Source: a virus. Taken from it: a DNA stretch of 64,000 nucleotides. The stretch lies in the UHGV virus genome UHGV-0176771, one strand, 5' to 3'. The notes below the pieces were generated by a model. That model saw only the letters and a program-made list of their open reading frames with translations, made no database searches and was not told where the DNA came from. Shown here in pieces: positions 36,566 to 47,024 of the stretch. Made by a program: the position numbers and the translations under genes. Positions within the stretch are counted from its first letter, which is position 1. Each line of letters opens with the position of its first letter.

Positions 36566-37774
36566 ATGAATTTTGAAATGACAGGAAGACTTAGCATCTC
36601 GAAGGAAACAGAGAAGTTTAAACCATGGGAAGAGAAAACTTATGATTCTGGATGGGTGAAACGACGGTTACTATTTAATGTTACCTGTGGAGATAATAGA
36701 CACATGTTGGCTGTAGATGATGGTTCATTTTCAGACGGACATGGTGATGTGTACACATTTAGTAAAGCAACAATTGATGAATCTGGAAATAAAAAGAAAG
36801 GTGAATCAATGATTATTCCATTTAAAGAGAGACTTACTTCTCCGAAGATTGCAGAGGTAGCAGAATTTAAAAAATATATTTTCGATCTTGAGAAACCAGG
36901 AAGAAGATATGGACTTGAGAAAGCTTCTGAAAGACTTAAAGAAGGAAGAAATTTAACAGATGAAGAACTGAAAGATTTGGGTCTTGAGAATGAATCAGAA
37001 GTTACAGAAGCACTCGAAAAGAGTAAAAAGAAACGCCATGAGTTTATCACAAAATGGGATTATGCAGAGTTTATTAAAAAAGTAATCGATAGTGGAAAGT
37101 ATTCAGATGCAAAATTCTTTATTCGTGGAAATGGAGAGTATTCTTACTCTGAAAACAACGAAAGAGTATATGAATCATATGTTCCTACCCGTATTTATCT
37201 TGCCGCAGACGATGCAGAGGAGAGTTCAACTGCTACCGTAAACATTCTGTTTAATAGTGAGAGTCTTGACACAATGAGTGCAGACGAGAAGAAGAAATAT
37301 TACGTAAATGGATGGATGATGGAATACGACAATAACAGAAGAGGTAATATCCCGGTTCCGGTTACTGTGACAATCCCACTTCCGGGAGACGACGCGGATC
37401 AGAAAGCAAAACGTAGAGTAGAGTCGCTGAAACATAAATTTGCAGTAGACGATGAATCTATCAAAGAGTACGGAGTCGTAGTGAATATGTTGAACGGCGC
37501 ACAGAAAACAGAAATCACAGAGGATATGCTTACAGATGAACAGAGAGATGATCTTGAATGTGGTCTTATTACAATGGATGATATTAGGGCTGAACTTGGA
37601 GGAAGTGTTTATGGTGAACGAATTCGTGAATATGAATTTGTTAAACCTGCAAGAGGATTTACAAAAGGAAGACAGGATACTGTTTACACAGTAGAAGACA
37701 TGGTTATCAGACCAATCGAAGAAACTCTTCCAGAAGGAACCGAAGACTTATTCGATGATGATGATGATCTTTAA
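36566..37774 (+). CDS. putative single-stranded DNA-binding protein (OB-fold) with an acidic C-terminal tail
   Basis: 402 aa; the N-terminus FEMTGRLSISKE...RLLFNVTC resembles the SSB OB-fold entry; the C-terminus ends EDLFDDDDDL, an SSB-like acidic tip; first gene of the replication module after a 215-bp gap. Confidence 0.4.
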   Translation: MNFEMTGRLSISKETEKFKPWEEKTYDSGWVKRRLLFNVTCGDNRHMLAVDDGSFSDGHGDVYTFSKATIDESGNKKKGESMIIPFKERLTSPKIAEVAEFKKYIFDLEKPGRRYGLEKASERLKEGRNLTDEELKDLGLENESEVTEALEKSKKKRHEFITKWDYAEFIKKVIDSGKYSDAKFFIRGNGEYSYSENNERVYESYVPTRIYLAADDAEESSTATVNILFNSESLDTMSADEKKKYYVNGWMMEYDNNRRGNIPVPVTVTIPLPGDDADQKAKRRVESLKHKFAVDDESIKEYGVVVNMLNGAQKTEITEDMLTDEQRDDLECGLITMDDIRAELGGSVYGERIREYEFVKPARGFTKGRQDTVYTVEDMVIRPIEETLPEGTEDLFDDDDDL

Positions 37775-37849
37775 AATGGAGGGTTAATTACCCTCTATAC
37801 AACTTAAAACAAAACACAAATACATTGAATACAATTGGAGGAATTAAAT

Positions 37850-39001
37850 ATGGCATTTGTAAAACCAGTAATTAATGAAATTAAACCGGATATTAAAAAC
37901 TTATCGATTTATCTTAGAAGTACAAAAAAGTTTGGAAAATCTACGCTTTTTAGAGATGTAGTCCTTGCAAAATATGGAGATCCATCAAGAGGTCTTCTGG
38001 TAGGATGTGGCAATGAGGTTGGATATAAGATGTTGGACAACCTGAATGTAACCCAGGTTAATACATATAAAGATATGATTGAATTGCAGAAGTGGCTTAT
38101 TGAAGAAAAAGGAAGAGAACATCACATTGAAATGATTGCTTTTGACACTGGGGACGAGCTTGCCCTCCTCGCAGACGCTGAAACGATCCGTCAGAGCAAT
38201 ATTGAAAACCCAAGTAAAAAATGTAAATCAATTAAGGCTGCATTTGGAGGTTATACTGCAGGAGAAAAATATTCAGCAAATGATTTGATTAAACCGTACA
38301 TGGCTAAATTGCAGGATGCAGGCTTTGGAGTATGGGTGATTGCTCATACTAAATTTAAAACAATCAAGGAAAAAGGTGGATTAGATGAGGACGGTTACAT
38401 GCAGTTATCTTCAAACATGGGTGCAGATTATGAAGCTGCATTTGGAGATATCTTTGATGTAACACTCACAGGTGTTATTGATCGTGATTTAGAAGAGAAA
38501 AAAGTTGGAGATAAAACGAAGAAATATGCAACTGATGAAGTTAGAAAGTTGTATTTTAGAGGAACAACTCTGATTGATGCTGGCGGTCGTTTTGCTGATG
38601 GGGCGGTTCCTGAATATCTTGTATTTGATAAACCAAATATGGCAGAAGATTTTATTAGAACAGTAGAAGAGGGTATGGAGAAATCAAAAACATCAATGAA
38701 GAAATCTCCTTCAAAATCTGTTGAACGAGTAAAAGAGAAACCTGTGGTTAAAGTGCAGGAGGAATCAGTAGTTGAAAATGATGACGATATTTTTGATGAA
38801 GATGTTGTAAAAGAAACAGCAGTTGAGACAGTATCGGTATCTGAATATCCGGAAAACTTGGATGCTGTAATTAGAAAGATGTTCAAAGAATGTACAGATT
38901 CAGATTTAAAAGCATCTGTGAGAGAAGTCATTTCTGAGTATGGAAAATTGAATGATGTCGATAGAGAGGGACTTGAGAAAATTTACGACATGATGAAATA
39001 G
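37850..39001 (+). CDS. RecA-like ATPase (Sak4/AAA_24-like recombination-replication protein)
   Basis: ATG after TTGGAGGAATTAAAT; degenerate P-loop LRSTKKFGKSTLF; Walker-B-like IAFDTGDEL; long acidic C-terminal extension. Confidence 0.45.
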   Translation: MAFVKPVINEIKPDIKNLSIYLRSTKKFGKSTLFRDVVLAKYGDPSRGLLVGCGNEVGYKMLDNLNVTQVNTYKDMIELQKWLIEEKGREHHIEMIAFDTGDELALLADAETIRQSNIENPSKKCKSIKAAFGGYTAGEKYSANDLIKPYMAKLQDAGFGVWVIAHTKFKTIKEKGGLDEDGYMQLSSNMGADYEAAFGDIFDVTLTGVIDRDLEEKKVGDKTKKYATDEVRKLYFRGTTLIDAGGRFADGAVPEYLVFDKPNMAEDFIRTVEEGMEKSKTSMKKSPSKSVERVKEKPVVKVQEESVVENDDDIFDEDVVKETAVETVSVSEYPENLDAVIRKMFKECTDSDLKASVREVISEYGKLNDVDREGLEKIYDMMK

Positions 39002-39010
39002 GAGAAATAG

Positions 39011-39505
39011 ATGCTGGTAAAATGCAGGAAATGTAATAAAAAAGTAGAACGCAATGAAGCATTTAAAGTAGTAGTGGGTGGCAAGAACACCTACTACTGC
39101 AATGAAGATGAATATAATGAGATTTTGCGAAACAAAGAATTGAAAGATGAAGCATATTCTTATATCTATAATATTTTCGGTTATAAAGTTACAAATACAT
39201 GTATTTATAAGGAAGTTAACGAATTGGTAGATGTGTTTGGATATGAACTGTTACTTTCCTATTTAAAAGAAAATGAAGTGTATTTAACATCAGTAATTCA
39301 AGGAAAAGATTTTCCTAAAGAGTATGGAAAAATAAGATACTTTGCAGCCATTCTAAAAAATTCATTGGCTGATTATGTCAATATATCAGGGAATAGTAAT
39401 GTTGAGCATGAAAAATGCATTGAATATGATTTACCAGAAGTGAAATATAAGAGGAAGAAAAAGAGAAGAAATTTATCAGATATTGAAGCGGAAGTTGGTG
39501 ACTAA
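39011..39505 (+). CDS. hypothetical protein with an N-terminal zinc ribbon
   Basis: 164 aa; CRKCNKKV...YYCNEDEY. Confidence 0.4.
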   Translation: MLVKCRKCNKKVERNEAFKVVVGGKNTYYCNEDEYNEILRNKELKDEAYSYIYNIFGYKVTNTCIYKEVNELVDVFGYELLLSYLKENEVYLTSVIQGKDFPKEYGKIRYFAAILKNSLADYVNISGNSNVEHEKCIEYDLPEVKYKRKKKRRNLSDIEAEVGD

Positions 39506-39612
39506 TTATAGACAGGGAATTTATTACAGGTGTTAAAGAAAAATATCCAGCACAGCTTCTAAAGAAAAGAATAGAAGCAGAGGGGAATGTAGTTAGCTGT
39601 TTCTTTAAGGAT

Positions 39613-41061
39613 ATGTTGCTACTTGATGATACGAAATTCCAAAAAGAAGATTTTATAACAAAAGATGGACGATTTTACTTTTCAATGCTCGATTTATTGC
39701 GAAAAAAGGGATTTTATTCTCTAGATGAAATTACCATTTTGTCAAATTTGAAACAGGAAGTGATTGATCGTTTTGAGGATATGGGAGGATGGGAAACCAT
39801 TCAGCATCAGATTGACATTATCAATATACATAATTTTGATATTTATGCGGATATTTTGTACAGAGAGAATATTTTGCTACATATGCACGATGATGGATTT
39901 GGACTTCTGCAAGAAATTGACGTTGATGGAAAGAGAATTATTCCACTGAAATTATTCAGAAAAATGTCTGCTGAAGAAGTGACGGACTGGTACGAAGCGA
40001 GGATGAGTACATATGGAACTGGGTATTCAAGCAAAATTATTGAGGAAGAAGAGATTGATTTCGATGATGAATTTATTGAGTCCTGCAGCAGTGGAGAAGA
40101 AAATGGAGTTCCATTTGATATTGCAGGATATGACAAAAATGGTGAAGAAATAAATTGTTTTCCTTTTTTATCCAGACAGACAATGGGTTTGTTAGAAGGC
40201 ACGTTTACTATGATGGGAGGATTCTCAAGTGCTGGTAAATCTACATGGTGGGTTACTGTAATTATGGCGCTTTTATATTATGACAAAAAAGTATTGATTA
40301 TTTCGAATGAGGAGAATATTAAAAAATTTAAAATTAAATTCATGGTATGGCTTCTTGGTAAGAGAAATCGATATTTCAAATTGACAAAAAAGAAAATGGG
40401 ATCTGGAGATATCAGCAAAGAAAGTAGAGATCAGTTATCAGATGTTCAGAAGTTTTGGAGAGAGAATTATAAGGGGAAAGTAAAATTTATTGCAATCAGC
40501 GATGCAGATATGAGTGTCGTTAAAAAGAAGATTCGTGAGAATGTATTGAGGTATGGATACGATACGGTTCTTTACGATACATTTAAAATTCAAGACGGAG
40601 ATTTTCAGGGTCAGAGACAAGACTTATCTCTTGTAAGAGATAGTCGCGAGCTTGATAAGATGGCAAAAAAATACGGAATCATTATGTTGGCTTCTGTACA
40701 GCTGGCAGAATATATGAAAGGCAAATTGTTTTTGGACAGCTCAGTTTTATCTAACTCAAAACAAATAAAGGAAGTGCTTGAGAATCTTTTCCTTATGAGA
40801 ACAGTATATGATGAAGAACTTGATGAAAAAAGTAAATATTATTGTCGTCCATTTAGACTAAAAAAAGTAAATGATAAATGGATAGAGGAAGAATACAAAC
40901 CAGATAGAAATGCAGTGTGGAGAGCATTATTTGTAGAAAAGACACGAAGCGGTTCCAACTCTTCAGACACAGGGATTGGATATTTGCTTAAATTTGACGG
41001 AGATCACTGTATTTTCAGAGAGGTTTCACAAGCGCGATTTAAACATGGTGAAATAAGATAA
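39613..41061 (+). CDS. DnaB-like replicative DNA helicase
   Basis: 482 aa; Walker A GGFSSAGKST; RecA-fold helicase blocks (LIISNEENI, ASVQLAE...FLDSSVLSNSKQIKEVLENLFLMR) in the C-terminal half. First ATG at 39613, but the frame is open back to 39502 (see findings). Confidence 0.6.
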   Translation: MLLLDDTKFQKEDFITKDGRFYFSMLDLLRKKGFYSLDEITILSNLKQEVIDRFEDMGGWETIQHQIDIINIHNFDIYADILYRENILLHMHDDGFGLLQEIDVDGKRIIPLKLFRKMSAEEVTDWYEARMSTYGTGYSSKIIEEEEIDFDDEFIESCSSGEENGVPFDIAGYDKNGEEINCFPFLSRQTMGLLEGTFTMMGGFSSAGKSTWWVTVIMALLYYDKKVLIISNEENIKKFKIKFMVWLLGKRNRYFKLTKKKMGSGDISKESRDQLSDVQKFWRENYKGKVKFIAISDADMSVVKKKIRENVLRYGYDTVLYDTFKIQDGDFQGQRQDLSLVRDSRELDKMAKKYGIIMLASVQLAEYMKGKLFLDSSVLSNSKQIKEVLENLFLMRTVYDEELDEKSKYYCRPFRLKKVNDKWIEEEYKPDRNAVWRALFVEKTRSGSNSSDTGIGYLLKFDGDHCIFREVSQARFKHGEIR

Positions 41062-41078
41062 GAAACTTGGAGTGATAT

Positions 41079-42113
41079 ATGCTTGAAGATATTAAAAAAG
41101 AATTGCTAAATAATCCAGAAAAGATAAAAGAAGTGTTGGAACATTTTGGATTCAGAAACATTGTGATTCGAAATACATATATGCAATTTGGAAGAGACAA
41201 CAACCCAAAATCTTCTAAAAAATCCATATCTATCAAATTAGTAAATAATAGGTTCCTATATGTTCATGATTATCCCAAAGCAGTAAAAAAAGATTTTTTC
41301 TCATACATCATGGAAGAGAAACGTGTGGACTTTACAGACGTTTTATCTGAGGTGAAACAAGCTTTAAATATTGTTGACTATTATGAACATTTTGAGAGAA
41401 GGGGAATTTTTGGTGGATTTTATGAAAAGATTTATAAAAGAAGTTCTGGAAAGAACTTTACATATGATGAATCTGTTCTACGTGAATATCAGCCAGTATG
41501 TAATTTGAAATTTCTAAAAGATAATATATCACTCGAAGCTCAAAGATATTTTGGAATCAGATATGATATAGAGTCTCAAGGAATTGTGATACCAATTTAT
41601 GATCAAATTGGTCAAATAATAGGTATAAAAGAACGTTTTAATTACGATGTTGAAGATGGCGAAATGAAGTATTTTTATAGTCTTCCTTGCAGCATGTCAC
41701 AAACATTGTATGGATATTCTCATAATTACAACTTTTTAGTAAACGGTACTGTATACATATTTGAAGCAGAGAAGTCAGTTATGCAATGCTACACGTATGG
41801 AATAAGGAACTGTGTTGCCTTGGGAAGTGGAACAATAAGCAAAAAGCAATGTCAAATGATCCTTGAACTTAATCCACAGAAAGTTGTTTTCATGCATGAC
41901 GTTGGTTATGAAATTGAATCTATAGAAAGAAATATTACAATGCTTAGAAATTATTCAAGGTTTTCAGAAATGGAAATTTGGTATTGGGACTATTTTAATA
42001 AGGGATATAAAGACAAAGTGTCTCCATCAGATATGGGGAAGAAAACATTAGAACACATTATAGAAAATGAAATTCATAAGATTGGGGATGATGACATCGA
42101 AGAAGAATTATAA
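41079..42113 (+). CDS. DNA primase (Toprim-containing, DnaG-like)
   Basis: 344 aa; Toprim-like acidic residues IFEAEKSVM ... VFMHDVGYE; lies between the helicase and polymerase genes. Confidence 0.5.
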   Translation: MLEDIKKELLNNPEKIKEVLEHFGFRNIVIRNTYMQFGRDNNPKSSKKSISIKLVNNRFLYVHDYPKAVKKDFFSYIMEEKRVDFTDVLSEVKQALNIVDYYEHFERRGIFGGFYEKIYKRSSGKNFTYDESVLREYQPVCNLKFLKDNISLEAQRYFGIRYDIESQGIVIPIYDQIGQIIGIKERFNYDVEDGEMKYFYSLPCSMSQTLYGYSHNYNFLVNGTVYIFEAEKSVMQCYTYGIRNCVALGSGTISKKQCQMILELNPQKVVFMHDVGYEIESIERNITMLRNYSRFSEMEIWYWDYFNKGYKDKVSPSDMGKKTLEHIIENEIHKIGDDDIEEEL

Positions 42114-43698
42114 AGTGCTAAATGATTGTAGACAAATGTATGAAGATGAAGTGTTTGAGGTGATTCTAAAACAAAGAGGAATTGCAGATCCGGAGCATTT
42201 TTTTAACCCAACAGAAGATGATTTGTTTCCGTTAGATAACTTATACAGAATTGATGAAGCATTTGACAGACTAGATAAAGCCATAAAGGAAGATGAAAAG
42301 ATTGCTATATTATTCGATACAGATCTTGATGGAACAGCATCTGGAGCTATTATCACACGTTATTTAAGAAACTTTACAAATAATATTGAAACATATATCG
42401 ATGAAGGGAAGCAGCATGGTCTTATTGGACAAGATATTGAGAAATTTTTCGATGCAGATTTACTAATTGTCGTAGACAGTCTTGATAAAAACGAACATCA
42501 ATATAAGAAATTATATGAAAACAAAACGGATGTTATCATTTTGGATCACCATGCAATAAAAGAATCTGTACCATATGATGATTATTCTATTTTGGTTTCA
42601 TCTCAGAGAAAATATAGCAATCCACAATTATCTGGATCAGGAGTAACATGGAAATTCTGTAAATACATGGACGAGCAGTATTTAACTGATTATGCTGACG
42701 AATTAGCTGACCTTGCTGCATGTGGATTAGTAGGAGATATGATGGATATGACCGTTATGGAGAACAGGTACATTGTTTCCAAAGGTTTATCTAAGATCAA
42801 TAATCCTGCAATTAAGAAAATTGTTGGTGGATTTGAGTTTAACAGTACTGCCATTTCTTTCAGTGTTGCTCCCATTATAAATGCAAGTAATAGAATAGGT
42901 AAGAATGATATTGCCATGAAAGCATTTATTGAAGATGATAATAAGACCCTTCTAAAGTATATGAGAGAACTAAAGAAATGTAGAGTACTGCAAAATGAAG
43001 AAGTAGATAGGATTTTACCAGCGGCTATTAATTCGTGTGAAGAACAGAAAGACAAGAAGATGATTGTTGTTTTTATAGATACAGATTATGGAATCAGTGG
43101 ACTGCTTGGGAATAAACTTCTTGAAATATATCAAAGACCTATTTTGATTTTAAAAGATTGTGGTGATACATATAAAGGTTCTATGCGAGCAACCGGTGTA
43201 GATGATTTTAGAAAAATCTGTAATGAAAGTGGACTTGCAAAAGCAGATGGTCATGAGTTAGCCAGTGGTATCGAAATAAAAAAAGAGTTATTGAACGAAT
43301 TTACAATATATATAGAAGAAACTCTTCCGGAATTAAAAGACGATTCGACTACGAATATAGATATTCAACTCGACATTTCTGATATTACAAGAAAGATGGT
43401 AGATCTGATTAAAAGACTTGACAGAATTTCAGGGACAAATTTCCCGTCTGTAAAAGTATATATTGATAATATCTATGATTATGAAATTGGCAATATGAGT
43501 GACTATAAACATTTGACTATTAAACCGAATGACTATCTTCTTATTATAAAGTGGAATTACAATGGTTCTTTTGAAGAGATGGAAGATCATAGTTTAGTTA
43601 ATGATGAATTAAGAGTTGTCGGGACAATTGATTCTGGATTTTTAGGAAGAAAATTTGTTTTAAAAGTAATTTGCGATGAGATTGAAGAGGTGGAATAA
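42088..43698 (+). CDS. DHH-family nuclease, RecJ-like
   Basis: DHH motifs I-IV in order: AILFDTDLDGTAS, LLIVVDS, VIILDHHAI, GLVGDMMDM, plus a DHHA1-like ADGHELASG; about 535 aa; overlaps the primase end. Confidence 0.55.
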   Translation: MMTSKKNYKVLNDCRQMYEDEVFEVILKQRGIADPEHFFNPTEDDLFPLDNLYRIDEAFDRLDKAIKEDEKIAILFDTDLDGTASGAIITRYLRNFTNNIETYIDEGKQHGLIGQDIEKFFDADLLIVVDSLDKNEHQYKKLYENKTDVIILDHHAIKESVPYDDYSILVSSQRKYSNPQLSGSGVTWKFCKYMDEQYLTDYADELADLAACGLVGDMMDMTVMENRYIVSKGLSKINNPAIKKIVGGFEFNSTAISFSVAPIINASNRIGKNDIAMKAFIEDDNKTLLKYMRELKKCRVLQNEEVDRILPAAINSCEEQKDKKMIVVFIDTDYGISGLLGNKLLEIYQRPILILKDCGDTYKGSMRATGVDDFRKICNESGLAKADGHELASGIEIKKELLNEFTIYIEETLPELKDDSTTNIDIQLDISDITRKMVDLIKRLDRISGTNFPSVKVYIDNIYDYEIGNMSDYKHLTIKPNDYLLIIKWNYNGSFEEMEDHSLVNDELRVVGTIDSGFLGRKFVLKVICDEIEEVE

Positions 43699-46600
43699 AT
43701 GAACTATAAAAATTTGATTGAAAAAATTATTCCAACTCTAACATTTAAGTTTCCGTATTCAGTCGATGATTATGCCGAAAATTTATACTTAGAAAATTAT
43801 CATTGTCATAAAGATTTCAGTAACGTAAGTACGGCAGATTGTGCTGAATCAATTGAAAATTACGCAAATAGAATTCATCAATTTGGAACAAAGTGTTTAT
43901 TTTCTGGAGACCATGGTTCCCAAGGAAATCAGTTCTATGTATATAAAGTTGCAGAAAATGAAAAACTGAAATACATACATTCCTGTGAAGCATATTGGGT
44001 AAAAGACAGAAAAGAAAAAGATCGAGCAAATTGCCATATGGTTATTGCTGCGAAGAATGCGGAAGGAAGAGAAGACATAAACTATGCGTTGTCTATTGCA
44101 AATGAAGATGGGTATTATTATAAACCAAGAATTGATTTAGATTTGCTTTTTAATATCCCAAAAGACAATGTGATTGTAACTTCAGCATGTATATCTGGAT
44201 GGAATTATGAGGATGCTGAAGAAATCTGGCTAAAAATACATGATTATTTTGGCGATAATTTTTTTCTTGAAATACAATATCATAATACGGAAAAGCAAAA
44301 ACGTTTAAATGAAAGAATTTTATCTCTAGCAAAAAAACATAATATTCAAATTATTTGTGGGTTGGACAGTCATTATGTAAAAGATGAAAATTCTGTTAAA
44401 AGAGATCAGATTTTAAAATATAAAGATATATCTTATCCAGATGAGTATGGATGGTATATGGATTATCCAGACACAAAAACAGTAATTTGCAGATTAAAAG
44501 AACAAGGAGTTTTATCAGATGAAGAAATCATGAGATCCATTATGAATACAAACATATTTGTTTCTGAATGCGATGAAATTGTCCTTGATAGAACGTTCAA
44601 GATCCCAAGTGTTTACAAAGGCAAAACTTACGAAGAAAAATGCAGAGTATATAAGAATCTTCTAAATGTTGCTTATGCAAAAGAAAAAGAAAAATCAAAA
44701 GAAAAAGCAAATGGAATTCGATATGAAGCGAAAGAAGTAATAGAATCTAATGTTGTTGATTACTTTTTGACAAGCCAAAGAATAGTACATGATGCGGTTA
44801 ATAACGAAGGTGGAATTTTGACCAGAACGTCCAGAGGAAGTGCTGCTTCATTTATTACAAATAAGCTACTGGGATTAACAACAGTCGATAGATTTAATGC
44901 AGATATACCGATTTATCCTGAAAGATTCCTAACAAAAGAGCGTGTGCTTGCAGGTCAAATGCCCGATATTGATTTGAATGTTTCAGCCCAGGAACCATTT
45001 GTAAGAGCTACAAAAAAGCTATTAGGAGAACATGGTTGTTACCCGTTGATGGCTATAGAAAAATTAAAAGAAAAAGCAGCGTGGCAATTGTACGCGGGAG
45101 TAAATGATGTTAGTCCGGAAGACGCTAATAAAATTTCGAAATATCTTGATGAGTATAATAAAGCATTAAAATACGCTGAAGATGATGAGAAAGATGATAT
45201 CCATGTTGAAGACTTTATTCCAAATGAATATGTAGAATTATTTAAAAGAAGTAATGAGTATCAAGGGATTACAATAAATTTAAAGGTTCATGCTTGTGGT
45301 CACTTTATTTTTGATGGAGATATCAGAAGAGAAGTAGGATTGATCAGTGCAGTATCTGAAACAACTGGAAAGAGAACTTTATGTGCTGCCATAGAAGGTG
45401 GAATGCTGGATGAATTTGGATATGTAAAAGAAGATTTTCTCATTGTAGATAGTGTGTCTCTTACATATAAATTCTTTAATGCAATAGGAAGAGAAGTTCC
45501 TACATTTGATGAGCTAAGACATATGATTGACGGAGATAAATTGACATGGGATATCTATGAAAAAGGGATCACTTGTTGCATTAATCAGTGTGAAAAAGAA
45601 GCTACTACAAATAGAGTAAAGAAATATAAACCAAAAACTTTGGCGGAGTTAAGTAGCTTCATTGCAGCCATTAGACCAGGGTTTGCTTCGCTTTTAAGTA
45701 CGTTTTTGAATAGAGAATATTATACAACAGGTGAGTCTAAAATTGATGAGTTATTACAAGATACTGCTCATTTTATGATTTACCAAGAATCAATTATGAA
45801 AGTTTTATCATTCCTTAAATTGGAAATGGGGGAAACATATGGAGTAATTAAATCTATTTCAAAGAAGAAATTAAAAGGCGAAAAAAAGAAAAACTTACTT
45901 AATGATTTGACGGATTCCTGGATAGAAGAGTTTCATAATAAAAATAATTTCAACAATGTTTGGAATGTAATTGAAGACTCTGCCAGATACGCATTTAATG
46001 CTCCTCATGCTTACAGTATGGGAGGGGACAGTGCATATCAGGCGTGGTTCAAGGCACATTATACAGCAACGTTTTATGAGGTGGCGATTAACCACTATCA
46101 AGAAAAGGGAAATAAAGATAAAATCGATGCACTCATTAAAGAAGCAATTAAGTTTTTTGGCTATAAATTTGGTGACTATGAATTTGGGGTAGATAATAGA
46201 AGAGTTGTTATAGATGAAGAAAATAAAATTATTTATCCAAATTTATCTAAGATAAAAGGATTTGGAGAAGGTGTTGCGGAGGCTTTGTATAATATTGGAA
46301 AACAAGATTACGAAAATTTTATAGAAGTAATTTCAGCAGCTCTTAAAAATTCTATTAGTAAGACTATTTTGAAAAATCTTATTAAGATAAAATATTTCAA
46401 AAAATATGGAGATGTCAACACTCTTTTAGCCACTTTTAAATATTATAACCTATTAAAAGGAGGGGAGACTAAAGTAATTTCTAAAGAAAAGGCAATGGAT
46501 AATAATTTAACTTTTGATTTGCTTAATAAATATGGGAATGAAACGGAAAAACAATTCAATAAAATTGATTCAAAAGGGTTACTAAATGAATTGATAAATA

Positions 46601-46989
46601 CGATTGAGTACAAACCTTTGACAGTAAAAGAAGAATTAGACAATCAAAAAGATGTTCTTGATATCATTACATATGTAAATCCAAAAGTTAGTAAAAGATT
46701 ATATTATGTCGATATTTTGGATGAAAAGAAAACGGTTACTAATATTTCTTTATATGAGATATTCAGTGGGAAAACTCGTAAAGTCAAGATGTGGACAAGT
46801 CAATTTTCAAGAAATCCATTTTCAGAAAAAGACTTATTAAACATACATGTTATTGAAAAGAAACATAAGAAAGAGCCTACAGGAGAAATAAATCCAAAGA
46901 CAGGAAAGAAAATCTATGCAGATGTTCCGGACAAATTTGAATACTGGTTGAAAGCTTACACAATTAAAAGAGAGGATGATGATTTATAA
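43699..46989 (+). CDS. dnaE: DNA polymerase III alpha subunit (DnaE-type) with an N-terminal PHP domain
   Basis: 1096 aa; PHP motif YHCHKDFSNVS; Pol III alpha signature FNAPHAYSMGGDSAYQAWFKAHY (compare [24 protein letters not shown]). Confidence 0.75.
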   Translation: MNYKNLIEKIIPTLTFKFPYSVDDYAENLYLENYHCHKDFSNVSTADCAESIENYANRIHQFGTKCLFSGDHGSQGNQFYVYKVAENEKLKYIHSCEAYWVKDRKEKDRANCHMVIAAKNAEGREDINYALSIANEDGYYYKPRIDLDLLFNIPKDNVIVTSACISGWNYEDAEEIWLKIHDYFGDNFFLEIQYHNTEKQKRLNERILSLAKKHNIQIICGLDSHYVKDENSVKRDQILKYKDISYPDEYGWYMDYPDTKTVICRLKEQGVLSDEEIMRSIMNTNIFVSECDEIVLDRTFKIPSVYKGKTYEEKCRVYKNLLNVAYAKEKEKSKEKANGIRYEAKEVIESNVVDYFLTSQRIVHDAVNNEGGILTRTSRGSAASFITNKLLGLTTVDRFNADIPIYPERFLTKERVLAGQMPDIDLNVSAQEPFVRATKKLLGEHGCYPLMAIEKLKEKAAWQLYAGVNDVSPEDANKISKYLDEYNKALKYAEDDEKDDIHVEDFIPNEYVELFKRSNEYQGITINLKVHACGHFIFDGDIRREVGLISAVSETTGKRTLCAAIEGGMLDEFGYVKEDFLIVDSVSLTYKFFNAIGREVPTFDELRHMIDGDKLTWDIYEKGITCCINQCEKEATTNRVKKYKPKTLAELSSFIAAIRPGFASLLSTFLNREYYTTGESKIDELLQDTAHFMIYQESIMKVLSFLKLEMGETYGVIKSISKKKLKGEKKKNLLNDLTDSWIEEFHNKNNFNNVWNVIEDSARYAFNAPHAYSMGGDSAYQAWFKAHYTATFYEVAINHYQEKGNKDKIDALIKEAIKFFGYKFGDYEFGVDNRRVVIDEENKIIYPNLSKIKGFGEGVAEALYNIGKQDYENFIEVISAALKNSISKTILKNLIKIKYFKKYGDVNTLLATFKYYNLLKGGETKVISKEKAMDNNLTFDLLNKYGNETEKQFNKIDSKGLLNELINTIEYKPLTVKEELDNQKDVLDIITYVNPKVSKRLYYVDILDEKKTVTNISLYEIFSGKTRKVKMWTSQFSRNPFSEKDLLNIHVIEKKHKKEPTGEINPKTGKKIYADVPDKFEYWLKAYTIKREDDDL

Positions 46990-47024
46990 AATTTTATTAT
47001 ACCGCGGCGCAATTAAAAGATCTT

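Noticed and set aside
36566-37774. Alternative reading of the 402-aa acidic-tailed protein as a virion scaffold or other acidic protein rather than SSB
   Set aside because: Not fully rejected. The OB-fold assignment rests on weak N-terminal similarity and the DDDDDL tail, so the call is kept at low confidence instead of being dropped.
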